Positions 35,223 to 42,347 of a stretch of 42,347 nt of DNA are shown here, piece after piece (position 1 is the stretch's first letter; each line of letters opens with the position of its first letter). The translations under genes were made by a program, and so were the position numbers. Source of the DNA: a virus (taxonomy: Duplodnaviria; Caudoviricetes); the IMG/VR virus record IMGVR_UViG_3300032288_001234, positions 1 to 42,347 of that record; one strand, given 5' to 3'. The notes below the pieces were generated by a model, which worked only from the letters and a program-made list of their open reading frames with translations, searched no databases and was not told where the DNA came from.

Positions 35223-35587
35223 AGTCCTCCCAGAAGTGCGATCCATGGATCGACGGGTTTGCCCCGTCGGGCATTGGTGCGGCGGCGCAGGACCTCGCGG
35301 TACTTTTCCCGGTAGCGTTCGTTCGCCTGCTTGTGCGGATCAACCTGCGGCGGTTTGCGGTCCTGGCCCTGGCCCAGCGAATAGATCGCACCCCAGCGGC
35401 CCTTCGTTCCCAAGCTGCGTTTCCATCCGCTGATGTGTAGCAGCCGGCGTTGATGTGCGATGCGCACTGAACTGGCCACGGTGCGCTGGTCCATGCCAAG
35501 AATCTCTGCGATCGCGGCGGTGTGCAGGGGGCCGTGCTCTGTCAGCACCTCAAAGACAGCCAGCCTGGTTGTTGGTGGCTGTCCCAT
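35219..35587 (-). CDS. Winged-HTH DNA-binding protein
   Basis: VFEVLTEHGPLHTAAIAEILGMDQRTVASSV; TAATG overlap with the upstream gene. Confidence 0.7.
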   Translation of the reverse strand: MGQPPTTRLAVFEVLTEHGPLHTAAIAEILGMDQRTVASSVRIAHQRRLLHISGWKRSLGTKGRWGAIYSLGQGQDRKPPQVDPHKQANERYREKYREVLRRRTNARRGKPVDPWIALLGGL

Positions 35588-35811
35588 TAGCAAATCCAGA
35601 ATCGAATGATTTCGCGCAGCGATGGCCACGAATGCAGCGGTGCGATTGGCTTGGGTAGCATTACCCGCTGGACATGCTCCATGTCACTCGACATGTCGGG
35701 TTCCATCTTGCGCTGGTGATAGATACCGATCTTGACCTTGCCAGTGTCGATGTAGCGCAGCGGCCTGCCTTCCATGTCGCGAAGCTTTTTGTCATCCATG
35801 GCCCAGCTCAT
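35587..35811 (-). CDS. Hypothetical protein
   Basis: TGKVKIGIYH motif; overlaps neighbours on both sides. Confidence 0.6.
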   Translation of the reverse strand: MSWAMDDKKLRDMEGRPLRYIDTGKVKIGIYHQRKMEPDMSSDMEHVQRVMLPKPIAPLHSWPSLREIIRFWIC

Positions 35812-35984
35812 TCGTCTTGCAGCGCGTGGCTGATCGTTATGCATGCGCCGGCAGTGCCGCCCAGGAAAGCCACGATGCACAACACGGCTTTGGATATTTC
35901 ACCGGCCATCATGTTGTCGGTGAGCCAGGTCATGCCGGCCAGAATGGCCAGCCAGGTAAAGAAAACAAGTTTGATCAGGTGCAT
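35808..35984 (-). CDS. 58-aa two-TM membrane protein (not in ORF track)
   Basis: GGAG RBS; MHLIKLVFFTWLAILAGMTWLTDNMMAGEISKAVLCIVAFLGGTAGACITISHALQDE; ATGA overlap with the next gene. Confidence 0.65.
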   Translation of the reverse strand: MHLIKLVFFTWLAILAGMTWLTDNMMAGEISKAVLCIVAFLGGTAGACITISHALQDE

Positions 35985-36014
35985 TGCAGGATCTCCGTTA
36001 TTATCAGCAGCGCA

Positions 36015-37607
36015 TTACGCTGCGTTTTTCTCAACACTAAACACATGCCGCTTAATCTCTGGGAACTTCGTAGCGAAGGACACAATAATTTGATCTGGTT
36101 CAGACAGCTCATGCGTACGCGACAGCGCATCATCTACGCTTGCAGGCGCAGGATCGAAATGATTACTTGAGCGTGATCCAAACCAGTTGACCGCCTTAGT
36201 TCTGGCGTATCCGCTGTGTTCGATGCACACATACTCGCTGATGATACGCAGCCCGCAGATGTAATCCACGCGCAGGGTGGGCACGCCCGACTTACCCATG
36301 TGCCTGGCATACCGGACTCGGTCTACCTTCATCTCGATGGGTGCAACCTCTGTAGAAATGATGGCACCGACATGCGCGACCGTTTCGTTTTCGCGCTCGG
36401 CGATCGGAAACTCAAACCCACAATCGCAGACATGCTTCATAATAGGAACCAGCGCATTGCAGCGCGGGCACTCCTTAACCGGGGCCGATTGCGCGGGGCC
36501 TTTTTTACCCTTGCGCGGCGGCTCAACTGCGTCGATGAATCCATGCCGGCGCACGTTGCCCCCAAAATCCAGGACCAGGCAGTCGGTCTTGCTGTCATGC
36601 AGCCGCAAGCCGCGGCCCACCATCTGGACATACAGACCAGGCGAGAGCGTAGGGCGAAGCATCACGATCGCATCCAGCGGCGGGTGATCAAAGCCGGTGG
36701 TCAGGATGTTGCAGTTCACCAGGGCGCGCACCTGGCCTGCTTTGAATGCGGCGATCTTGCCGTCGCGCTCATCGTCTCCCATGTCACCGGCAACATACTC
36801 CGCGGTGATGCCGCGATCGCGCAGGGCTGATGTGATCTGCGCTGCATGCTTGACCGTGACGCAGAAGATCAGCCAGCAGTTGCGCGCCGCGCAGCGTTCG
36901 ATGATCAGATCCGCGTGGTGCTCGACCAGCTCGAGCGCCGACATGCGCTCACCCAGTTGGCCCAGGTTGTACTCACCACCCAGGGTGCGCACGCCTTGCA
37001 GGTCTACATCAGCGCCGTGTTTGGCGGTCAGCCGGCACAGATAACCCTGGTCAATCAGGTCGGCGACGTTGGCCTCATAGCTGATGCCGTCAAACATCGC
37101 GCCCTCGCCCTCATGCAGCACGCCTGAATCCAGGCGATAGGGTGTGGCGGTCAGGCCGATCAGCTTCACATCCGCGTTGGCCTTGACGCTTTCCTCGAGC
37201 AGCTTGCGGTACATGCCGCTGTCGCCGTGCGGGATCAGGTGCGCTTCGTCTACGATGATCAGATCGAACCGGCCATAGAAGGTTTTGGTCCGGTAGATCG
37301 ACTGGATGCTGGCGACAGTGATCTGCTTGAGCTGCTTCTTTCCCAGGCCGGCAGAGTAGATGCCGACCGACGCGTGCGGGCAGATGGCGCGGATTGCTTT
37401 GGCGTCCTGCTCGACCAGCTCCTTGACATGCGTCACCACCAGGATGTGCGTGTCCGGGTGATCGTGAATGGCTCGCTTGATGAAGCCGCCAAGGATGACC
37501 GACTTGCCACTGCCCGTAGGCGTGACGATCAGCGGTGCATCTTTGCCGGCGGCGAACCAGTCATAGATCGATTGGATGGCATCAGTTTGGTAGTAGCGCA
37601 GTTTCAT
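36015..37607 (-). CDS. SF2 helicase (RadD/YejH-like) with Zn ribbon
   Basis: PTGSGKS, DEAH, TATP, TTGFD and QMVGRGLR motifs; CPRC..CDCG. Confidence 0.92.
   Translation of the reverse strand: MKLRYYQTDAIQSIYDWFAAGKDAPLIVTPTGSGKSVILGGFIKRAIHDHPDTHILVVTHVKELVEQDAKAIRAICPHASVGIYSAGLGKKQLKQITVASIQSIYRTKTFYGRFDLIIVDEAHLIPHGDSGMYRKLLEESVKANADVKLIGLTATPYRLDSGVLHEGEGAMFDGISYEANVADLIDQGYLCRLTAKHGADVDLQGVRTLGGEYNLGQLGERMSALELVEHHADLIIERCAARNCWLIFCVTVKHAAQITSALRDRGITAEYVAGDMGDDERDGKIAAFKAGQVRALVNCNILTTGFDHPPLDAIVMLRPTLSPGLYVQMVGRGLRLHDSKTDCLVLDFGGNVRRHGFIDAVEPPRKGKKGPAQSAPVKECPRCNALVPIMKHVCDCGFEFPIAERENETVAHVGAIISTEVAPIEMKVDRVRYARHMGKSGVPTLRVDYICGLRIISEYVCIEHSGYARTKAVNWFGSRSSNHFDPAPASVDDALSRTHELSEPDQIIVSFATKFPEIKRHVFSVEKNAA
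36018..36036. promoter_or_regulatory. Putative 19-bp operator at the helicase 3' end
   Basis: Minus strand TGTTGAGAAAAACGCAGCG. Confidence 0.4.
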
Positions 37608-37608
37608 T

Positions 37609-37881
37609 TCAGTTCTCAGTTCCTTGTAGTCGATCGGCTACCAGCTTGGCGTAGCCGGCAATGTCCACCCAGTTGTCAGCGTAGTTCGGGTCACCGTTGA
37701 GGATGCGTGCAATCTTGTGCGCAATCATCTCGAGTGCCTCACGCTGATCAGCACGCAGGCTCTGGTAGCTTGGCCGTGATTGCATCACGCCCTTGAGCAG
37801 TTGCGAGAGCTGCGCGTGGTTCTTGAAGGTGCCGTACCGCTTGCCGCGTTCTGCCAGTACCGCATCGATTGTGTCGCTCAT
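37609..37881 (-). CDS. DUF6378-like protein
   Basis: LAERGKRYGTF..EALEMIAHKIARILNGDP.Y.DNWVDIAGYA. Confidence 0.8.
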   Translation of the reverse strand: MSDTIDAVLAERGKRYGTFKNHAQLSQLLKGVMQSRPSYQSLRADQREALEMIAHKIARILNGDPNYADNWVDIAGYAKLVADRLQGTEN

Positions 37882-38123
37882 TGTTCATTTTCTTTCTCGG
37901 CGTTGGGCCGCTTGTGCCACAGTGAATGCTTGTTGATCTTGTCCTTCAATGCCTGCGGGATCTTGGGCTTGGGGCACCAGGCCAGGCAGTCATCTGTCCA
38001 GGTCCCGACGATGAGCACACCACCAGGATTCAACAGAAGCATGCTTGTCGCCCTGGGCGGCGGCTCGATCTCTGGGTCGCGGAAGTAGAGCTGATCCGTT
38101 GTGGCGTGCGGCAGCTCAGTCAT
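37878..38123 (-). CDS. Hypothetical protein
   Basis: PPPR..LLLNPGGV..G.W..AWCP.PK; overlapping operon arrangement. Confidence 0.7.
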   Translation of the reverse strand: MTELPHATTDQLYFRDPEIEPPPRATSMLLLNPGGVLIVGTWTDDCLAWCPKPKIPQALKDKINKHSLWHKRPNAEKENEQ

Positions 38124-38316
38124 TGTCTTTGCCCTTCATCAGGTCCACCAGTTCGGCATACGCTGCTTTGCTGCCCTGGTGCGTGTTGGCCATGACAACC
38201 TCACGCGCCACATCGTGGCTGCGCTTGAACTTCCGCAGTAGCCTGGCTGCCTCGATGTCGTGTTCATCCCGCGCACGATCAAGCAGCAGGTCGGCCAGTT
38301 GATCGACGGTCATCAT
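38116..38316 (-). CDS. Hypothetical protein
   Basis: AAGGA RBS; overlaps neighbours. Confidence 0.65.
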   Translation of the reverse strand: MMTVDQLADLLLDRARDEHDIEAARLLRKFKRSHDVAREVVMANTHQGSKAAYAELVDLMKGKDND

Positions 38317-38495
38317 TTGTACTGTTCCTTCACCAGCTTCTTCATGGCCACATATTGGCCACGCTGAGTGTCGGCAGCCACCGTCACCATGCCCTGAGCA
38401 AAGCCCATCGTCATCTCTTTGTAGGCATGCTCTGGCCGGTGGCCATGCACGGCCTGGATCATTTTGCGCAGCGCCTTGGCTTTTTTAGCGTTCAT
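38313..38495 (-). CDS. Small basic hypothetical protein
   Basis: MNAKKAKALRK start; fits the operon. Confidence 0.65.
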   Translation of the reverse strand: MNAKKAKALRKMIQAVHGHRPEHAYKEMTMGFAQGMVTVAADTQRGQYVAMKKLVKEQYK

Positions 38496-38504
38496 GTTTT
38501 ACTT

Positions 38505-39614
38505 TCAAAAGGGGACATCTGCGTCTTCAATGGCACGGCTGCTAGTCAATCGACTATCAGGAAATTCATTCTTGAATTCAGCAAACTCCCTGTCGGCAAC
38601 GACTTTGCGAATCGCTACTGCCAGCTCGGCGCTAGTGAAGCAGGCCACGATGTCCGTGCCCATGTTCTCCTCGCCGCGGTCAGCGTCCTCGGTGCAGTTG
38701 GCAAAGATCAGCCCGGTGTCTTTGTGCTGGTACTTGATGAATCCCTCGCCGGCATCGATGGCCTCGGCGTAGGGCACCAGGGGCGGCAGCATCAGGTGCG
38801 ATCGGCAGCCCAGGCGCTGCTCTTCAGCCGACAGGTCGCGGAGCTGCGCTTCGCAGTGCCAGCCGCCGTCGATGGGTGAAGCATGCACACAGGTGCGGCA
38901 GCTCTTGGCCGCGGAGATCTCGCCGTGGCAGGTCGCAGCGTGGTCGCAGAACTTGCACTGATACCAGGCTGGGTCAGTGCTGATCCCAGGCAGGGGCTCA
39001 TCAGCACCGATGATTTTCTCGGCGCGCTCAAGCAATGCAGTGAATGCATTCTTGTCGAAGTGAATCCATTCGCTGTGCAGCTCGTCGGTGTCTTTGTTGA
39101 CTGCCAGGTACAGCGCACGGTCCAGCTCGGCCAGGCCCATGTAGACCTGCATCTGTGCGTAGTGCTCGGGCTTGGCCTCCTCAACGCCTTTCTTCACCAG
39201 GTCGGCAAAGCTTTTGGCACCGTGGGTTTTGAATTCGATGATGGCCCAGCTCTTGGGCGCTTCCGGCAGGCCGCGACCAATGGCGTCACAGCTCCCGCCA
39301 AAGTGGCCGCCGATCGCAGAAAAGCGGTGCTGTAGCTTGGTGTCTGGGTCACGGTCATACACTTCTGCGCCGATGCCGCGCAGCTCCTCGAGGAAGCGCA
39401 CCTCTTCGCGGAAGCCGGTGTCAAACAGGCGCTTGATGCGACCAGGGAATTGCTTTCTGGTCACCCAGCGGAAGCTGTACCAGAGCGCGCGATCGCAAGG
39501 TCTTCCGATCTCGCTGGCACCCAGGTGCGGGCGTGGCGCTTCGGTTTTCTTTTCATACCACTGGACGATCGCGGCAGCCGTGGTGTGGGTGTGGACGGGT
39601 TCGGGTAGCTTCAT
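38505..39614 (-). CDS. Cas4-like PD-(D/E)XK exonuclease with Cys clusters
   Basis: LGASEIGRPCDRALWY..GSCD..EFKT..QMQVYM..CKFCDH..C..CRTC. Confidence 0.85.
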   Translation of the reverse strand: MKLPEPVHTHTTAAAIVQWYEKKTEAPRPHLGASEIGRPCDRALWYSFRWVTRKQFPGRIKRLFDTGFREEVRFLEELRGIGAEVYDRDPDTKLQHRFSAIGGHFGGSCDAIGRGLPEAPKSWAIIEFKTHGAKSFADLVKKGVEEAKPEHYAQMQVYMGLAELDRALYLAVNKDTDELHSEWIHFDKNAFTALLERAEKIIGADEPLPGISTDPAWYQCKFCDHAATCHGEISAAKSCRTCVHASPIDGGWHCEAQLRDLSAEEQRLGCRSHLMLPPLVPYAEAIDAGEGFIKYQHKDTGLIFANCTEDADRGEENMGTDIVACFTSAELAVAIRKVVADREFAEFKNEFPDSRLTSSRAIEDADVPF

Positions 39615-39616
39615 GA

Positions 39617-39892
39617 TCAGAACTTGTACTTAGGTGCGCAGGTAACATCGACTACAACCTCGGTGCTGTAGCCGTTGATCTTGCGGCGGCTATTGATCAC
39701 GACAGCGCGGGTGCCGTTCACTTCGCATTCGTTGATCGCGGTGATGACTTCGCTGCGCGTCATGACCTGGATCTGTTTGTCGGTCACCAGGTCAACCTCA
39801 ACCTGGGTCGGTGGCTTCAGTGCAGCCGGGGCCGGTGCTGGCGTTGAGCACGCAGCCAGCGTTAGGGTGAGCAAGATCAGTATTGTTTTCAT
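39617..39892 (-). CDS. Lipoprotein
   Basis: MKTILILLTLTLAAC lipobox; GGAG RBS. Confidence 0.75.
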   Translation of the reverse strand: MKTILILLTLTLAACSTPAPAPAALKPPTQVEVDLVTDKQIQVMTRSEVITAINECEVNGTRAVVINSRRKINGYSTEVVVDVTCAPKYKF

Positions 39893-39912
39893 GTTCGTCT
39901 CCAGTTAAAGGT

Positions 39913-39984
39913 GGGGTACTCGCTGCGTCTGGCTGCATTGCGTCCGCTTCACGCAGGGCGGCACGCCAGCATCCGCTTTCCCCC
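39913..39984 (-). ncRNA. Putative structured RNA element with loop-E-type internal loop
   Basis: GGGG GAAA GC GGA UGC UGGC..GCCA GAC GCA GC GAGUA CCCC nested pairing, wholly intergenic. Confidence 0.5.
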
Positions 39985-39991
39985 GTAAGTC

Positions 39992-40510
39992 TTAGGCTGC
40001 TGCGGTTTTCTTTTTCCAAACCGGTGTGCTGTTGCCGCCACCATTTGCAGCAACGGGTGCGGCTGCCGGGGCAGGGGTGCTGGCACGCAAGGCTGGAGTC
40101 GATGCGACAGGCGCGGTGCTGCCGCTTGCGCTGTAGCCCTTGACGCGGTTTTGGTCGTCATAGCCTTCGCGCTTTTCAATTTCAATGTCGAGCACTACTG
40201 GAATGTTGTGAAGCTGGTCGGTGTCTTGCAGGTTCAGTACACCCACGCTGCGGCACAGTGCGGCAAGCTGGCGCTGGCTGATCTCTTCCGCTTTCTTGTT
40301 CACGTTACGAATGTTCAGGCGCTCCCAAACTTTGCGGCCCTTGCCTTTTCCGTCGATGATCTCGAACGTGATCTCGAGGTAGTCGCCCGTGCCAGCTTTG
40401 GTCGGCTTGATTTGGCTGGCCACAGCCATCGCCAGATATTTGCCTTGCGGCAGGACATCAAAAGAGTCAGCGGTTTCTACGTTGTTTGCGTCGAAGGTAA
40501 TTGAAGCCAT
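39992..40510 (-). CDS. Phage single-stranded DNA-binding protein (DUF669-like)
   Basis: FDVLPQGKY..TKAGTG.YL..GRKVWERLN..NRVKGY; C-terminal PVW; follows Sak4. Confidence 0.85.
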   Translation of the reverse strand: MASITFDANNVETADSFDVLPQGKYLAMAVASQIKPTKAGTGDYLEITFEIIDGKGKGRKVWERLNIRNVNKKAEEISQRQLAALCRSVGVLNLQDTDQLHNIPVVLDIEIEKREGYDDQNRVKGYSASGSTAPVASTPALRASTPAPAAAPVAANGGGNSTPVWKKKTAAA

Positions 40511-40528
40511 GATTAAGTTTCCTTTCAG

Positions 40529-41257
40529 TTAGGCGATGGCAGTTGCAAAAGCATCCCAGCTCAGAGGCAGGGAATCGGGTAACGCGTAGCGGTTCTTTGC
40601 CAGGTAGGCTGGCTTTTCGGTGGTGTAGATCAGGCGCTCACCCGTGGTGACACCGCGGCGCACTTCTTTGTTGAAGCCGACCTCGGTTTCCTTGGTGATC
40701 ACGCGGTAGTTGCAGAAAAGCACGGCGTCGCACCATTCCTGGATCAGCGCGCTGGACCGCTCTTGCAGCTTTGGGCGGTAGCGGTCATAGGGCTCTGTCT
40801 CGGGTGAGTCGAACCGCTTGATCTCGGTGTGCGCGATCAGTACGCAGGCCATGCCCTTGTCGTCACGCAGGGCGGCCAGGCCGTCAAGCACGGTGCGCCA
40901 GTAGTCGGCTGCGATGACAGCGCCCTTGCCGTAAGCCAGGGCCTTGTCGTCGTGCTTGCTGTGGATGTCCTTCCAGATCAGGTTGTCGAGCCAGTCGAGC
41001 GAGTCGATGACGACGGTGCCGAAATTGTGATCATCCTCATACAATGCGCCAATCGCAACAAGTACGTCATCAAAAGACTGCGCGACGGGGAAGTGATCGA
41101 CCTCGAGACGACCCAGGCCATCCTCAGTCAGGATGAAGATCGGGTCCGGTGCGCCAGCACCAAAGGTGGTTTTGCCCAGGCCGTGCGGTCCGTAGATCAT
41201 CACGCGTGGGGCCTTGATGCCTGTGCTGCGTTTGATTGAGTTTAAGTTAAATGACAT
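40529..41257 (-). CDS. Sak4-like AAA_24 single-strand annealing ATPase
   Basis: YGPHGLGKTT, VVIDSLDWL, LIAH, WCDAVLF and AKNRY motifs. Confidence 0.88.
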   Translation of the reverse strand: MSFNLNSIKRSTGIKAPRVMIYGPHGLGKTTFGAGAPDPIFILTEDGLGRLEVDHFPVAQSFDDVLVAIGALYEDDHNFGTVVIDSLDWLDNLIWKDIHSKHDDKALAYGKGAVIAADYWRTVLDGLAALRDDKGMACVLIAHTEIKRFDSPETEPYDRYRPKLQERSSALIQEWCDAVLFCNYRVITKETEVGFNKEVRRGVTTGERLIYTTEKPAYLAKNRYALPDSLPLSWDAFATAIA

Positions 41258-41266
41258 AGCTGGCTT

Positions 41267-41350
41267 TCAAAAGGGTACAAAGAAAAAAACAAACAGCGCC
41301 ATGAGCAGGCAGCAGATGGTCACCAGGTCGTCAACGTCGAAGTCGTTCAT
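41267..41350 (-). CDS. 27-aa membrane microprotein (not in ORF track)
   Basis: MNDFDVDDLVTICCLLMALFVFFFVPF; ATGA overlap with the upstream stop; fills the gap. Confidence 0.5.
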   Translation of the reverse strand: MNDFDVDDLVTICCLLMALFVFFFVPF

Positions 41351-41751
41351 GCTTTGACCTCGACGCTGGTTTTGGCGGGCTTCATTGTGATGGCCTTGGA
41401 CAACTTGGCCCAAATGACAGGCTCATTGGCGCGCAGGAATTTGCAGCCGGTGGAGTCAAGTTCGGTTTTGACTTTGATCGGGCGAAACTCTTCTGGCACT
41501 TTGGCGCAAAGTTCTTGCAGTGCTGCCATGTCGGCGCTGTAGGACAGCTTGCCGGTGATGGTGACTTTCAGACCGTTGGCCAGCTCGGTGGTGGTAGCGC
41601 CTTCCTCTTTGGCACCGACCATCTTGATGATTTGCTCCTCGATGGCGATGCGGCGCTTGTTGGCCTCGGACTCGACGCGCTTGGCGGCGATCAGATCTTC
41701 GACCAGCATGTCGATGGTTGCGGTGTTGGTGTTTGCGAGTGCGATAGTCAT
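41347..41751 (-). CDS. Conserved early phage protein upstream of Sak4
   Basis: TAAGGA RBS; N-terminal coiled coil; typical position in Sak4/SSB modules. Confidence 0.75.
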   Translation of the reverse strand: MTIALANTNTATIDMLVEDLIAAKRVESEANKRRIAIEEQIIKMVGAKEEGATTTELANGLKVTITGKLSYSADMAALQELCAKVPEEFRPIKVKTELDSTGCKFLRANEPVIWAKLSKAITMKPAKTSVEVKA

Positions 41752-41771
41752 GTTCAGTTTTCCTTAGTTGA

Positions 41772-41939
41772 TTAGCTTGCCAGCCACTGGTCATACGTCT
41801 TGAGCGGTGCGCCGCCACGGGTGATGTCGCCACCTTTGCCGTCGTTAGCGCAGTCCAGGTAGATCTGGTATTCGGCGTCGTTGCTGCCGCGTACCGGTGT
41901 TTGCCAGTTGGCTGCGGGTAACAGTTTGTTGTTGTCCAT
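41772..41939 (-). CDS. First early-left gene, 55-aa hypothetical protein
   Basis: GGAG RBS before ATG 41939; ends PLKTYDQWLAS. Confidence 0.7.
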   Translation of the reverse strand: MDNNKLLPAANWQTPVRGSNDAEYQIYLDCANDGKGGDITRGGAPLKTYDQWLAS

Positions 41940-42000
41940 GTTCAGTTCTCCAGATTGTTTCAGTTGCTGGCGCGGAGCCAGTAAAGAGATTAGATCACAC

Positions 42001-42019
42001 CGTTGAGATAATCTCAACA
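42001..42019. promoter_or_regulatory. Near-perfect palindromic operator at the leftward early promoter
   Basis: CGTTGAGA-TAA-TCTCAACA; overlaps minus-strand TTGAGA-N17-TCTAAT. Confidence 0.7.
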
Positions 42020-42092
42020 GTGAACCCCAAAAAAAAGAGAGAACTTCCATCGAATAAATTTTAATGAAGTCAGGGGAGTTGATAGGTTTTTC

Positions 42093-42347
42093 CTATAGCG
42101 GCTGAATCCATAGCACGCACGCTGCCCAGGCAATCTTCATGTTTTCCATGACGGCCTCGCCGTCAGGCGAGAGGACCACATTATAAAGCTCGCGCTTATA
42201 ACCACGGCGAACAATGCCTTGCAGCAGCCGGCCATCGTCTAACGCAATGATGCACAGGCGATCGAGTACTTGCTCCGGTGCCTGCTGCTGGCCTGAGACG
42301 TAGTAGAGCCACCCATCGAAGGTTGTTTGTACCAGGCGAACTTGCAG
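42093..42347 (-). CDS. CI-like repressor, C-terminal part (joins 513->1)
   Basis: ..LDDGRLLQGIVRRGYKRELYNVVLSPDGEAVMENMKIAWAACVLWIQPL, stop at 42093-42095. Confidence 0.85.
   Translation of the reverse strand: MQVRLVQTTFDGWLYYVSGQQQAPEQVLDRLCIIALDDGRLLQGIVRRGYKRELYNVVLSPDGEAVMENMKIAWAACVLWIQPL
42225..42347. repeat. 123-bp direct terminal overlap, right copy
   Basis: Identical to 1-123. Confidence 0.95.

Noticed and set aside
34825-35499. 224-aa ORF as listed in the track
   Set aside because: Overlaps two better-supported same-strand genes; only the part from ATG 35040 has an RBS
38505-39614. Cas4 as evidence of a CRISPR-Cas system
   Set aside because: No array or other cas genes; the Sak4/SSB context indicates a standard phage recombination nuclease

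Overview
The window is a complete, circularly assembled temperate podovirus genome of about 42.2 kb (bases 1-123 repeat exactly at 42225-42347). Its structural module resembles Bordetella phage BPP-1. The likely host is a betaproteobacterium, because the attP core matches the 3' half of a tRNA-Asn(GTT). Plus strand: Cro-like gene, primase-helicase, iteron-rich putative origin, RusA, HTH protein, terS/terL, portal, scaffold, capsid, cement, tail adaptor/nozzle, three ejected core proteins, tail fibre plus Gly-rich adhesin, a seven-gene cassette rich in cupin/oxygenase-like genes, lysis genes and attP. Minus strand: CI-like repressor (split by the assembly junction), Sak4/SSB/Cas4-like nuclease/SF2 helicase early operon, xis and int. 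Best candidates for undescribed biology: (1) a ~2,717-aa ejected polyvalent protein with ADP-ribosyltransferase-like, glycosylase-like and HExxH modules, which hides a nested +1-frame 58-aa gene with a perfect Shine-Dalgarno directly after the glycosylase-like module (possible effector/immunity pair); (2) the oxygenase cassette behind the adhesin; (3) an alternative-pairing RNA leader over the primase RBS and a loop-E-type structured RNA in the early operon; (4) a GTACGCGTGA-N16-TAnnnT late-promoter motif; (5) an AxxLY[P/G] peptide shared by the scaffold and two small proteins. Family assignments come from motif recognition by eye; no searches were run.
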